In this document: piece after piece, positions 8,743 to 16,904 of the stretch
Layout of the letters: each line of letters starts with the position of its first letter
Position numbering within the stretch: the stretch's first letter is position 1
Virus record (IMG/VR): IMGVR_UViG_3300037631_006477
Location: 1-28,220 of that record
Strand: one strand, 5' to 3'
Origin: a virus
Lineage: Duplodnaviria; Caudoviricetes
Length of the DNA stretch: 28,220 nucleotides
Translations under genes and position numbers: made by a program
Notes under the pieces: model-generated
The model's database searches: none
Told to the model about the DNA's origin: nothing
Seen by the model: the letters and a program-made list of their open reading frames with translations, nothing else

Positions 8743-9398
8743 TATTTGTCTTTCTCTTCAGAATAATCAAAATTACTTGTTTCACCTAATAATTCATAAG
8801 TTTCATGAGTAAATTCTCTTGGTTTATCAAATACTTTAAAGTTTGGCTTTTTAGGATTTTTATATCCAAGAGAGCTATGATTCCATAAAACTTTATTATT
8901 TGGACCGCAACATAAAACTCCTAAGTCATCTTCAAAGAAAAAATTCTTTTGTTTATGTTCAGTCCAAAATTTTGATTCTGTATAGTCTATTGAATTATTT
9001 ATTTCAGGAGGTTTAAAATCAATTGTAAAAACATATCTGCCTCTTAATAATTCTTTATTTCTATTTTTCATTGTAACATCAACGTTTTTTAAAAAAGCTT
9101 TCTGGTAAATTGCAGCACTATCTGTTATACAATCCCACCAAGCAACATCTGTTAAATCTATTTTTTCATCAGGACTTTCTGACTTATTAAATATTGCACA
9201 TTGTAATACTTTATCGTAACAAGCATTATATTCTGGCATATAAACTTCAAATAAAGGAGGTTCATATCTTGTAAATCTAATACCTACTAGATAAGATTCA
9301 ATCATGTTGTGATCTTTTCCCCATATAAAATTAGATGAGCCTTTTAAAAAAGATTCTTTAATCCACACTCTTTCATATGGTAAGTTTAAATACATCAT
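8742..9398 (-). CDS. Conserved phage hypothetical protein (probable start at 9398/9395, not 9464)
   Basis: Conserved-looking motifs WWDC, GRYVFTIDF, EHKQ, GPNNKVLW; the longer start overlaps the upstream gene; TAATG coupled to purA. Confidence 0.7.
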   Translation of the reverse strand: MMYLNLPYERVWIKESFLKGSSNFIWGKDHNMIESYLVGIRFTRYEPPLFEVYMPEYNACYDKVLQCAIFNKSESPDEKIDLTDVAWWDCITDSAAIYQKAFLKNVDVTMKNRNKELLRGRYVFTIDFKPPEINNSIDYTESKFWTEHKQKNFFFEDDLGVLCCGPNNKVLWNHSSLGYKNPKKPNFKVFDKPREFTHETYELLGETSNFDYSEEKDK

Positions 9399-9405
9399 AT
9401 TAATT

Positions 9406-10443
9406 TTACTTTCTATAGATGTGAGGTTGGCCTTCAATATGAGAGTTTTGAGTTTGTATTGCAAATTGAGCTGATTTTAATTCTTCTAAGTTTCTAGCTC
9501 CTGAATAACTCATTCCACTTCTAACGTTTGCCATAATCTCGTTTAAAACTTTATAAAGTGTTCCTTTGTAATTAACATAAGTGCTTATACCTTCAATAGA
9601 AGAATAAGAGCCTTTCCAAGCTTTTTGCGCTGTTTTGGAAGCCATACCACTATATTTTTTAACTTTATTTCCTTCTTCGTTTATTGTTACTTTACCTGGC
9701 GCTTCTTTAGTCCCGCTAAGCATCGATCCTAACATAACAATATCAGCACCTGCTGCTAAAGATTTTACGATATCACCACTGTTTTTCATTCCACCATCAG
9801 CTATAATGTAAGAAGGATTTTCTAATTCATTTTTTTTATCATAGCAATCTAAAACAGCTTGAAGAGTAGGTACACCGTGTCCTGTTTGTATTCTTGTAGT
9901 ACAAATACTTCCACTTCCAACTGATACTCTAATTGCATCTGCTCCCCAATTAGATAATCTTTCATAAGCACTAGCTGTAGAAACGTTTCCTGCTATAATA
10001 AAAAGATCAGGATATTTATTGTTAATAAACTCTATTGCATCTTTTACCAAGATATGATCACCGTGAGCAACATCTAAACAAACTATTTTTAATCCTTCAT
10101 TACATAAAGCTTCTAATCTTTCTTTATAGTCGCCTGATACTCCAATTGCAGCAGACTTTGTTTCAGAGTCATTTACAAATGAGCATAGTTTAGTCTGAAA
10201 GTTTATAGTATTATATCTGTGAATTATTCCCAAACCTCCTAGGTTTCTAATAGCATTACACATATAAGCTTCAGTTACTGTTGACATAGGACTTGAAATT
10301 ATAGGTATATCAAACTTTATAGATTTATTATTTTTCTTAAAAGTTACAGAAGTATCTATTTCTGATCTACTTTTGATATCTGAATATTGAGGTATTAATA
10401 ATACATCATCATAAGATAAAAGTTTTTTATTTGTATTAATCAT
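9406..10443 (-). CDS. IMPDH/GMP reductase family oxidoreductase without CBS domains; probably GMP reductase
   Basis: YDDVLLIP, SSPM, DVAHG, AGNV, catalytic GSGSICTTR, ADGG, YSGMAS..EGIST; the flap lacks the IMPDH Arg-Tyr dyad. Confidence 0.88.
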   Translation of the reverse strand: MINTNKKLLSYDDVLLIPQYSDIKSRSEIDTSVTFKKNNKSIKFDIPIISSPMSTVTEAYMCNAIRNLGGLGIIHRYNTINFQTKLCSFVNDSETKSAAIGVSGDYKERLEALCNEGLKIVCLDVAHGDHILVKDAIEFINNKYPDLFIIAGNVSTASAYERLSNWGADAIRVSVGSGSICTTRIQTGHGVPTLQAVLDCYDKKNELENPSYIIADGGMKNSGDIVKSLAAGADIVMLGSMLSGTKEAPGKVTINEEGNKVKKYSGMASKTAQKAWKGSYSSIEGISTYVNYKGTLYKVLNEIMANVRSGMSYSGARNLEELKSAQFAIQTQNSHIEGQPHIYRK

Positions 10444-10505
10444 TATATTAAACCAATTATTTAGTATTTTAGTTATATTAATATTATAAAAATTTATTAT
10501 TATTT

Positions 10506-11417
10506 TTATAAAAAATCTTTAATATATTTTTTTAAGGCTTTTTCTTTTTTCTTAGCTTCAAGCATAATATCTACTTTTTTTCCACAACTATCAAAAGGCT
10601 TGTAGTAAAAGTCAGAGTGAGCTGCTGCTGATCTTATTGTATTGTCTTCGTATTCTTTTTTTCCATTTGAATGATGACAAGTAGGAATTATATCAGAAGG
10701 CCAAGAGTCATATGCCATATCAAAAGATTCTTTGTAAGGAGCATCTTGTGGTCCTAAACTAAAGTGATGAGAATCAAAAACTATAGGTGTTCTAGAAACT
10801 TTGTATACGTTTTCGTATAAAAACTTAGAACTAAACATAGCAGCTTTATCGTCGTTTTCTACAGTTAATCTTGATTGTACTGATTCTGAAAGCTTTTTAA
10901 AATTGTTGTTGAAATTATTAGCTGCAAGATTTAGATTACCACCACATGTTGATCCTAAGTGAATATTGATTTTTGACCAATGATTTTGATCTAGACCCAT
11001 TAAGTCAAATATTTTACCATGTATTTCTAAATCTTTAATACAATTTAAAACAACGTGCTCTTTTTCTGATGCCAAACAATTAAATTGCCCTGGATGAAAA
11101 GAAACTCTTTGGCCTATAACTTTAGTATAGTCACCTGCAGCTTTTAGATAATGACATATTTCTTCATAATCTGGAAGATCTTGTAATTCATATTCAGATG
11201 CCCAAGGAGCTATTTCTGATGATATACGAAATACTTTAATATTATTTTTATAGTTCCAATTGAATATTGGAAATAAGTCTTTAACGTTTTGCAAAACTAG
11301 TTTAGAAGCGTGAGACAAGCCTTTTTCTAAAAAAGTTTTTTTCCTCATAGTTCTAGAGTTAAAGATGCCTTTTTCTCTTAACTCCATGTTTATACATGCG
11401 TAACCTAGTCTATTCAT
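10506..11417 (-). CDS. uvsE: UV DNA damage endonuclease (start MNRLGYACIN at 11417)
   Basis: RLGYACIN, FRISS, RVSFHPGQF, INIHLG, RLTVENDD, PIVFDSHH, AHSD, DIMLEAKKKE; AAGGA RBS before 11417. Confidence 0.92.
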   Translation of the reverse strand: MNRLGYACINMELREKGIFNSRTMRKKTFLEKGLSHASKLVLQNVKDLFPIFNWNYKNNIKVFRISSEIAPWASEYELQDLPDYEEICHYLKAAGDYTKVIGQRVSFHPGQFNCLASEKEHVVLNCIKDLEIHGKIFDLMGLDQNHWSKINIHLGSTCGGNLNLAANNFNNNFKKLSESVQSRLTVENDDKAAMFSSKFLYENVYKVSRTPIVFDSHHFSLGPQDAPYKESFDMAYDSWPSDIIPTCHHSNGKKEYEDNTIRSAAAHSDFYYKPFDSCGKKVDIMLEAKKKEKALKKYIKDFL

Positions 11418-11439
11418 ATTTTTATATCCTTTTTTATAA

Positions 11440-11469
11440 AATATAATAATATTTAATATTATATTACAC
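11440..11469 (-). promoter_or_regulatory. Putative phage promoter GTGTAA-N18-TATATT (second GTGTAA at 11477-11482)
   Basis: Recurring motif in the divergent intergenic region upstream of uvsE. Confidence 0.55.
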
Positions 11470-11495
11470 AAAATTATTACACATAAAGGACAAAA

Positions 11496-12098
11496 ATGTC
11501 AGATCTATTAAAAGAATATATTGTATCTAAATTTAACGAAAAACAAACAATATCTGAAGGTTTAGAATTTCATATAAAAGAAAATATTCCTATAAGTACA
11601 AATATCTATAGAAGAGGTTCTATTAATTATTTTGAGTTATTAAATGAAACAAGAGATCTTTATAAAAAAGGATTGATAGATTTAAACCATGATATTGATA
11701 AAATGTATATAACTGAATTGGATGTTGGTGAATGGGATTACTACAAAAAAGAATTAGTTCCTTTAGACTATCCTATGATGATAGAAGAAGAAAACTTAGT
11801 TGAGGCAAAATACAGAGGAAAAAAAGTTAGACTAGGTAAAAAAGGAGCTAGAAGAGTAAAAGGTAAAAAAGGTAGAGCTGAAGTCTTCGTAAGAGATCCT
11901 AAAACAGGAAAAATAAAAAGAGTAGAATTTGGATCTTCTATGTCAATGGCAATGGGTAGTAGTGATGAGCATAAAAAAAGAAGAAAATCATTTGGTGATA
12001 GACATCAATGTAGCAAAAAGAAAGACAAAACAAAAGCAGGATATTGGTCATGCAGAGCTACAAAATTATTTGGTAGAAATATTCCAGGTTGGTGGTAA
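11496..12098 (+). CDS. Putative virion internal protein; basic C-terminal conserved phage domain
   Basis: Leader MSDLLKEYI...ISE, internal LVE|AKY; basic domain RRKSFGDRHQC...AGYWSC; AAGGA RBS. Confidence 0.75.
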   Translation: MSDLLKEYIVSKFNEKQTISEGLEFHIKENIPISTNIYRRGSINYFELLNETRDLYKKGLIDLNHDIDKMYITELDVGEWDYYKKELVPLDYPMMIEEENLVEAKYRGKKVRLGKKGARRVKGKKGRAEVFVRDPKTGKIKRVEFGSSMSMAMGSSDEHKKRRKSFGDRHQCSKKKDKTKAGYWSCRATKLFGRNIPGWW

Positions 12099-12409
12099 TG
12101 AATAACTTTCCTTTTAAAGAAAAAATTTTAGAAGAAACAGAAAAACATACAGTATTAGAAAGATTTTTTTTAAAAGATTTAAATGAAGAAGAACTAATTT
12201 GGCACAGAGACAAAGAAGATAGAGAAATTTTTATTTTAGAAGGAGAAGGATGGTATATACAGTTTGAAAATGAACTACCTCATTTAATGCACGTTAATTC
12301 TTTTTTTAAAATAAATAGAAATATTTATCATAGACTAATAAGTAAAAACATAAGCAATTTAAAAATAAAGCTAGTAAAACATAAACAAAGGAAATATCAT
12401 GAAAACTAA
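12098..12409 (+). CDS. Cupin-like small protein (start probably ATG 12098 via TAATG)
   Basis: LIWHRDKEDRE and YHRLI cupin-type His motifs. Confidence 0.65.
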   Translation: MNNFPFKEKILEETEKHTVLERFFLKDLNEEELIWHRDKEDREIFILEGEGWYIQFENELPHLMHVNSFFKINRNIYHRLISKNISNLKIKLVKHKQRKYHEN

Positions 12410-12686
12410 AGAATTATTAAAAGAGTGGAGAGAATTTTTAGCTGAAGGTGTAAAAGAAAAATTTAAAAAAAGTGATGTTGATAAAGAAGTAAAAATAACT
12501 ACATGCTGTCCTATGTGCAAAAAATTTACTGGAGTTGATGCTGGTAAAGATTTAGAAGGAAATTGGACGCTTAAAGCTATTAATACTAATGATGTTAAAA
12601 TAGGAAAAAGAAAAGAAAATTTAGTAGTAGTAAAATTAGAAAATAAAGAAAAAAAAATTCCACAATGTTGTGTTAGTTTAAAATGA
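12399..12686 (+). CDS. Hypothetical protein with T4 capsid-targeting-like leader; Cys-rich
   Basis: MKTKELLKEWREFLAE resembles T4 CTS MKTYQEFIAE; CCPMC and QCC. Confidence 0.7.
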   Translation: MKTKELLKEWREFLAEGVKEKFKKSDVDKEVKITTCCPMCKKFTGVDAGKDLEGNWTLKAINTNDVKIGKRKENLVVVKLENKEKKIPQCCVSLK

Positions 12687-13057
12687 ATAACTTGCTTTTA
12701 GAATATATTAAAGAAATTATAATTTTAGAAGCTGATCCTAAAGTAGGTACAGGTAAAAAGCCTAAGGGTAGTAAAAGAAGATTATATACAGATGAGAATC
12801 CTAAAGACACAGTTAGAGTAAAATTTAGAACTGTGTCAGATATAAGAAAAACACTAGCTAAAAAGTCATTTAAATCTAAATCACACGCAAGACAATCTCA
12901 AATTATAAATTTAATACATCAAAGAGTAAGAGCTGCTTATAAAAACGCTAAAGACCCTAAAGTAAAAGCTAGACTTAAAAAATCCTATGAATATGCAAAA
13001 AAAAGAAAAGAATCTTCAAAAAGAAAGACAAAAGAAAAAAATAAAAAGAAAAAATAA
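12683..13057 (+). CDS. Very basic putative virion internal protein
   Basis: Leader MNNLLLEYIKEIIILE then K/R-rich body with RRLYTDENPKDTV. Confidence 0.75.
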   Translation: MNNLLLEYIKEIIILEADPKVGTGKKPKGSKRRLYTDENPKDTVRVKFRTVSDIRKTLAKKSFKSKSHARQSQIINLIHQRVRAAYKNAKDPKVKARLKKSYEYAKKRKESSKRKTKEKNKKKK

Positions 13058-13080
13058 TATTTACAATAAAGAGGTTTATT

Positions 13081-13350
13081 ATGAATAATTTATTTTTGTT
13101 AGAGCAATTTATTATTGAAGCTTTATTAGATGAAGCTAAGAAAAAAAAGAAGAAAAAAACAAAATATCCTGCGCAGTATAAAGCTAAAGGCAAAAGAAAG
13201 AAAAAATTAGATAGAGCTACAAGATTAGCAAGAAGTAAAAATCCTGCTGATAGAGCATTAGCTTATAGGCTTAGAGACAAAATGGAAAAAGCTGAAAGAA
13301 ATAAAAAAGGCTGGAAAAATAAACCTAGAAAAGATACGAAAAAGAGTTAA
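13081..13350 (+). CDS. Very basic putative virion internal protein
   Basis: GAGG RBS; leader MNNLFLLEQFIIEALLDE then poly-Lys body. Confidence 0.75.
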   Translation: MNNLFLLEQFIIEALLDEAKKKKKKKTKYPAQYKAKGKRKKKLDRATRLARSKNPADRALAYRLRDKMEKAERNKKGWKNKPRKDTKKS

Positions 13351-13352
13351 TT

Positions 13353-13679
13353 ATGAATGATTTAATATTATTAGAAATGTTTATTGCTGAAGCTTTATTA
13401 GACGAAGCAAAAAGAAAAAAAAGAAAATCAGCTAAAAAAGGAAAAAGCAGTTCAGGTCTTTCTGCAAAGACTAGAGCAACTTTAAGAAAAAAAGCTGAAA
13501 GTAGAGGATTTACTGTAGGATCAGTAGTTCAAGAGTATAAAAAAGGTTTAGCTGCATATTATACTAGTGGAAGTAGAAAAGGAATGTCAGCTCATCAATG
13601 GGCAATGGCAAGAGTCAATTCAGCAACACCTTCTAAACCTTGGGCTTGTGTTAAAAAATCTAAAGCAAAAAAGAAATAA
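13353..13679 (+). CDS. Very basic putative virion internal protein
   Basis: Leader MNDLILLEMFIAEALLDE; body with QWAMARVNS motif. Confidence 0.75.
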   Translation: MNDLILLEMFIAEALLDEAKRKKRKSAKKGKSSSGLSAKTRATLRKKAESRGFTVGSVVQEYKKGLAAYYTSGSRKGMSAHQWAMARVNSATPSKPWACVKKSKAKKK

Positions 13680-13696
13680 AATAAGGAATTTTTTAA

Positions 13697-14048
13697 ATGA
13701 AACCGTATTATTATGTTGCAGAAGTAGTTAGCGTGTACGATGGAGATACATGTACATGTGTAGTAGATTTAGGATTTAAGACTTTTCAAAGAATAAAAGT
13801 TAGGTTAGTAGGTATTGATACGCCTGAAATACGAACAAAAGATTTAGAAGAAAAGAAAAAGAGACTGGTTAAGAGAAAGAATATTAGGTAAAAAAGTTTT
13901 ATTACATACAAAAGAAAGAGGAAAGTTTGGCAGATGGTTAGGAATGATTTGGGAAATAAATCAAGAACTCCCTGAATTTAATAACAGTTATAATAATCAA
14001 TTAATAACAGAAGGCTTTGCAAAAGAATATTACGGTGGAAAAAGATAA
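13697..14048 (+). pseudogene. Thermonuclease (SNase-family), frameshifted near 13859
   Basis: VYDGDT, VRLVGIDTPE in frame 0; RDWLRERILGKKV...GKFGRWLG...NNQLITEGFAKEYYGGKR continues in the +1 frame to TAA 14046-14048. Confidence 0.85.
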
Positions 14049-16549
14049 TGAAAAAGTATAGTTTAAAAAATTTAGATAAATTATTAAAAGAAAGATTGTC
14101 TATTCCCGAGAATAGAAATTTAACAAATACAAATATTCCTGGCTTCGGTACTTTTAGCTTGGAACCAATACAGATATGCTTAATAGCCTGTATAACAGAG
14201 TTTTATTTTGGAAATAAAAAGATTGTTTACGATATATTAAATGAAACGTTTTACCAAAAAAACTTAAGACTTGCAGCAAGCTTAGACTATAGGCTAAAAA
14301 ATCTTTATACTATAATAGAGAACGAAGAAAATAAAATAGCTTTAGATAGTAAAACAGCTGAAACTTTTATAAAAGCCTGTAAAGATTCAAATCTAATAGA
14401 TACAAATTACAATATCTTGAATGATGAATTAGTTGTAAATAAAAATGTAATCACAGGTGCTGCACAGCTTCAGTCATCAAACGGTTTTCTATTTGAATTG
14501 TTTTTAAATTTTTGTATTAGTGATTTAAACTACGAAATAGAAAAAAAAGAAGATCATATAAAATATTTATGTAAAATTAAAGACGTTAAATACTCTATTT
14601 CTATTTTATCTGTTATTTATAAATATAAAAATATCAGCAATATTTCAAGTTATTTTGATCAAAATAATCAAAGTTTTGTTTTAGAATCAGCACATAATTT
14701 ATATAAAGTATTTTTAAATAATGATACATTGCAGAAAAAAATTAATGATTTAATTCATGAAGATTTGCATGAAGATACTAATTTAAAATTTAAATTTCAA
14801 TTTGAAGAAGGTTATGCAAATAACCCAATTGATTTGTTTGTATATTATGATAATAAAATAATATCAATGTTAGATTTAAAATCAGTAAATAGTAGTAAAT
14901 CAGAAAATAAATATAAAATATCAAAAAGCAAAAAAGCTATAGACAAACAAATAAACAACGTAATGGGTGAACAAGAATCTGGTAGCAATCATGATTTTTA
15001 CTTAGGAAATATTATTTTGTCTTACACTTTTAATGCACAACAAATTAATGTAAACGATATTAAAGCTTTATATGTATCATATAATAGTCAGCATGAAGAA
15101 ATATTAAATAAAAATCCAGAAAAAAAAGAAAATCTAGAAAAAAAAGAATATTCAATATATAATAGAATAGATCCAAAAACAAATTCAGAAAAAAAACTTT
15201 ATGGCTCGTATAGAATGATTAGTGCAAATACTCTTTCATCAAGTGATGAAAACAAGCCTATTACTAATAAAAACTTAATTGACTTATCATTTGATTTTAA
15301 AGATAGATTAAAAAAACAGGATGAACATGAAAAAAATATAAAAATGAAGGATTTTATATTAAATTATCTAGAAACTGATAATCCTTATTCATTTTTAAAG
15401 AAAAGTAGCGCTGAATGGTCAAAATATAACTCTTATGGAGATTATAATGAAGAAGATAAAAATAAAATAAAATTAAAAATAAAAAATATAATACAAGAAA
15501 ATAAAGAAAAAAAAATAATCAGATACATATACAGATATATTACAATTTTATCATATGAAAATAATTTAATTAATGAAAGTAATGCAAAAAAATATGTTTT
15601 TAAAATAAAAGAATATGATAAATTAAATCATGATCTAGATTTACAATATGAATGTTTTAATGAAAATAAAATCAATAGTATTTTTAGAAATCATTTTACT
15701 TTATATGCTAAAGTTTTTTTACAGAATAGTGAAAAAATGTCTATTGATGATTTAAATGAAGCTTTAACAATAATAAAAAAAGAAAATTTTACTAATAAAC
15801 AAACAAAACAAAACATAATAAAAAACATTGTTCAAGTTATTGAATATGAAACGTTAAAAGATAATAAAAAAGATTATATAGAAGATAAAATAAAAGAGTA
15901 TATGACTAACCCAAATATTAAACCTAAAGATAAAAAAAAAGAAATAAAAAAAGCTTACAGTAAAGTAGAAAATGAATTAAAAGAGTGTATAAGATATTAT
16001 TTTCTTTATAAAAATAACTTGATTGATAAAAAAAGAATAAACAAAACTTTTAATGATTTAAATGATATAGTTAAAGAATTACTTTTAAAAGATGAAGAGC
16101 TTAAAAAGTTTTTATATAATCAAAGTATAAGACCTGATGATAGGTTCAAAAAGCCTTTAAAAGATTATTATCTAAAAAATGATTTTTACAAAAAATTATC
16201 AGAAAAAGGAATCTCTAAAGATGATGCAAAAAATTACATAAATGAATATTTTGCTATTAGAAATGAAATTCAAAAAGTTCAGTCAAATTCTTCATCACTT
16301 CTTCCTGCTTCATATAATAAAACAAATTATTTTGATTCAATACATGAATACGTTAAAGAATTACTTTTAATAGACGAAGAACTTAAACAAAAAGTAATAT
16401 CATTAACTAAACAAAAAAGTAGAGTAAGACAAAATTTTATTATTGATTTGAATAATTTTTATACTTCAATAAATGATTCAAGAATTTATGGTAAAAAAAA
16501 TAAGTTATTAAGAGAAGTTTATCAAGATTTATTTAGAGAAGACCAATAG
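14048..16549 (+). CDS. Large hypothetical protein with possible PD-(D/E)XK nuclease domain
   Basis: 833-aa ORF; GFLFE ... PIDLF ... LDLKS pattern; internal repeat VKELLLxDEELK. Confidence 0.65.
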   Translation: MKKYSLKNLDKLLKERLSIPENRNLTNTNIPGFGTFSLEPIQICLIACITEFYFGNKKIVYDILNETFYQKNLRLAASLDYRLKNLYTIIENEENKIALDSKTAETFIKACKDSNLIDTNYNILNDELVVNKNVITGAAQLQSSNGFLFELFLNFCISDLNYEIEKKEDHIKYLCKIKDVKYSISILSVIYKYKNISNISSYFDQNNQSFVLESAHNLYKVFLNNDTLQKKINDLIHEDLHEDTNLKFKFQFEEGYANNPIDLFVYYDNKIISMLDLKSVNSSKSENKYKISKSKKAIDKQINNVMGEQESGSNHDFYLGNIILSYTFNAQQINVNDIKALYVSYNSQHEEILNKNPEKKENLEKKEYSIYNRIDPKTNSEKKLYGSYRMISANTLSSSDENKPITNKNLIDLSFDFKDRLKKQDEHEKNIKMKDFILNYLETDNPYSFLKKSSAEWSKYNSYGDYNEEDKNKIKLKIKNIIQENKEKKIIRYIYRYITILSYENNLINESNAKKYVFKIKEYDKLNHDLDLQYECFNENKINSIFRNHFTLYAKVFLQNSEKMSIDDLNEALTIIKKENFTNKQTKQNIIKNIVQVIEYETLKDNKKDYIEDKIKEYMTNPNIKPKDKKKEIKKAYSKVENELKECIRYYFLYKNNLIDKKRINKTFNDLNDIVKELLLKDEELKKFLYNQSIRPDDRFKKPLKDYYLKNDFYKKLSEKGISKDDAKNYINEYFAIRNEIQKVQSNSSSLLPASYNKTNYFDSIHEYVKELLLIDEELKQKVISLTKQKSRVRQNFIIDLNNFYTSINDSRIYGKKNKLLREVYQDLFREDQ
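16070..16387 (+). repeat. Two copies of an ~36-bp in-frame repeat (16070-16105 and 16352-16387), 282 bp apart
   Basis: GTTAAAGAATTACTTTTAA(A/T)AGA(T/C)GAAGA(G/A)CTTAAA. Confidence 0.75.
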
Positions 16550-16901
16550 ACTTTAGATATTGTTTTGTCCATTCACGATCTTTATGCCATGTAGTCAAAC
16601 CTTCTTTGTCTAATTCTGATTCGTCAAATTCAGGCCAGCCATATTGATACGATTCTTCTGGATGGCTTCCGCTGTATTTTCTTTTATTGTATGATATTTC
16701 ATTTAATAATTTAACATAAATTAATTCTGCAATAAGCGACAAATCTGATTCGTTAGCCCATCTAGCTCTTACAGCAGCATTAGCTTTTTCTTTTGAAGTA
16801 TGACATGATATTTTTTTGTTGTCGCCTTTTTTAGTTAAAATATATTTCCCAGTTTTTCCTTTAGAGTTTTTACATTTAACTTTTCTAACTTTGTAAGGCA
16901 T
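16533..16901 (-). CDS. Hypothetical phage protein, basic N-terminal domain, internal LxE sites
   Basis: MPYKVRK...SCHTSKEKANAAVRA; ANE|S and LLNE|IS. Confidence 0.7.
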   Translation of the reverse strand: MPYKVRKVKCKNSKGKTGKYILTKKGDNKKISCHTSKEKANAAVRARWANESDLSLIAELIYVKLLNEISYNKRKYSGSHPEESYQYGWPEFDESELDKEGLTTWHKDREWTKQYLKSIGLL

Positions 16902-16904
16902 ATT

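Noticed and set aside
9399-11471. Longer ORF-track starts at 9464 and 11471
   Set aside because: The extensions overlap the upstream gene or promoter; downstream ATGs at 9398/9395 and 11417 fit gene packing, and 11417 also has an RBS and the family N-terminus.
11448-13066. ATATTTA as a late promoter (near 11449, 13058 and upstream of 6138)
   Set aside because: Plausible but too common in such AT-rich DNA to support without genome-wide statistics.
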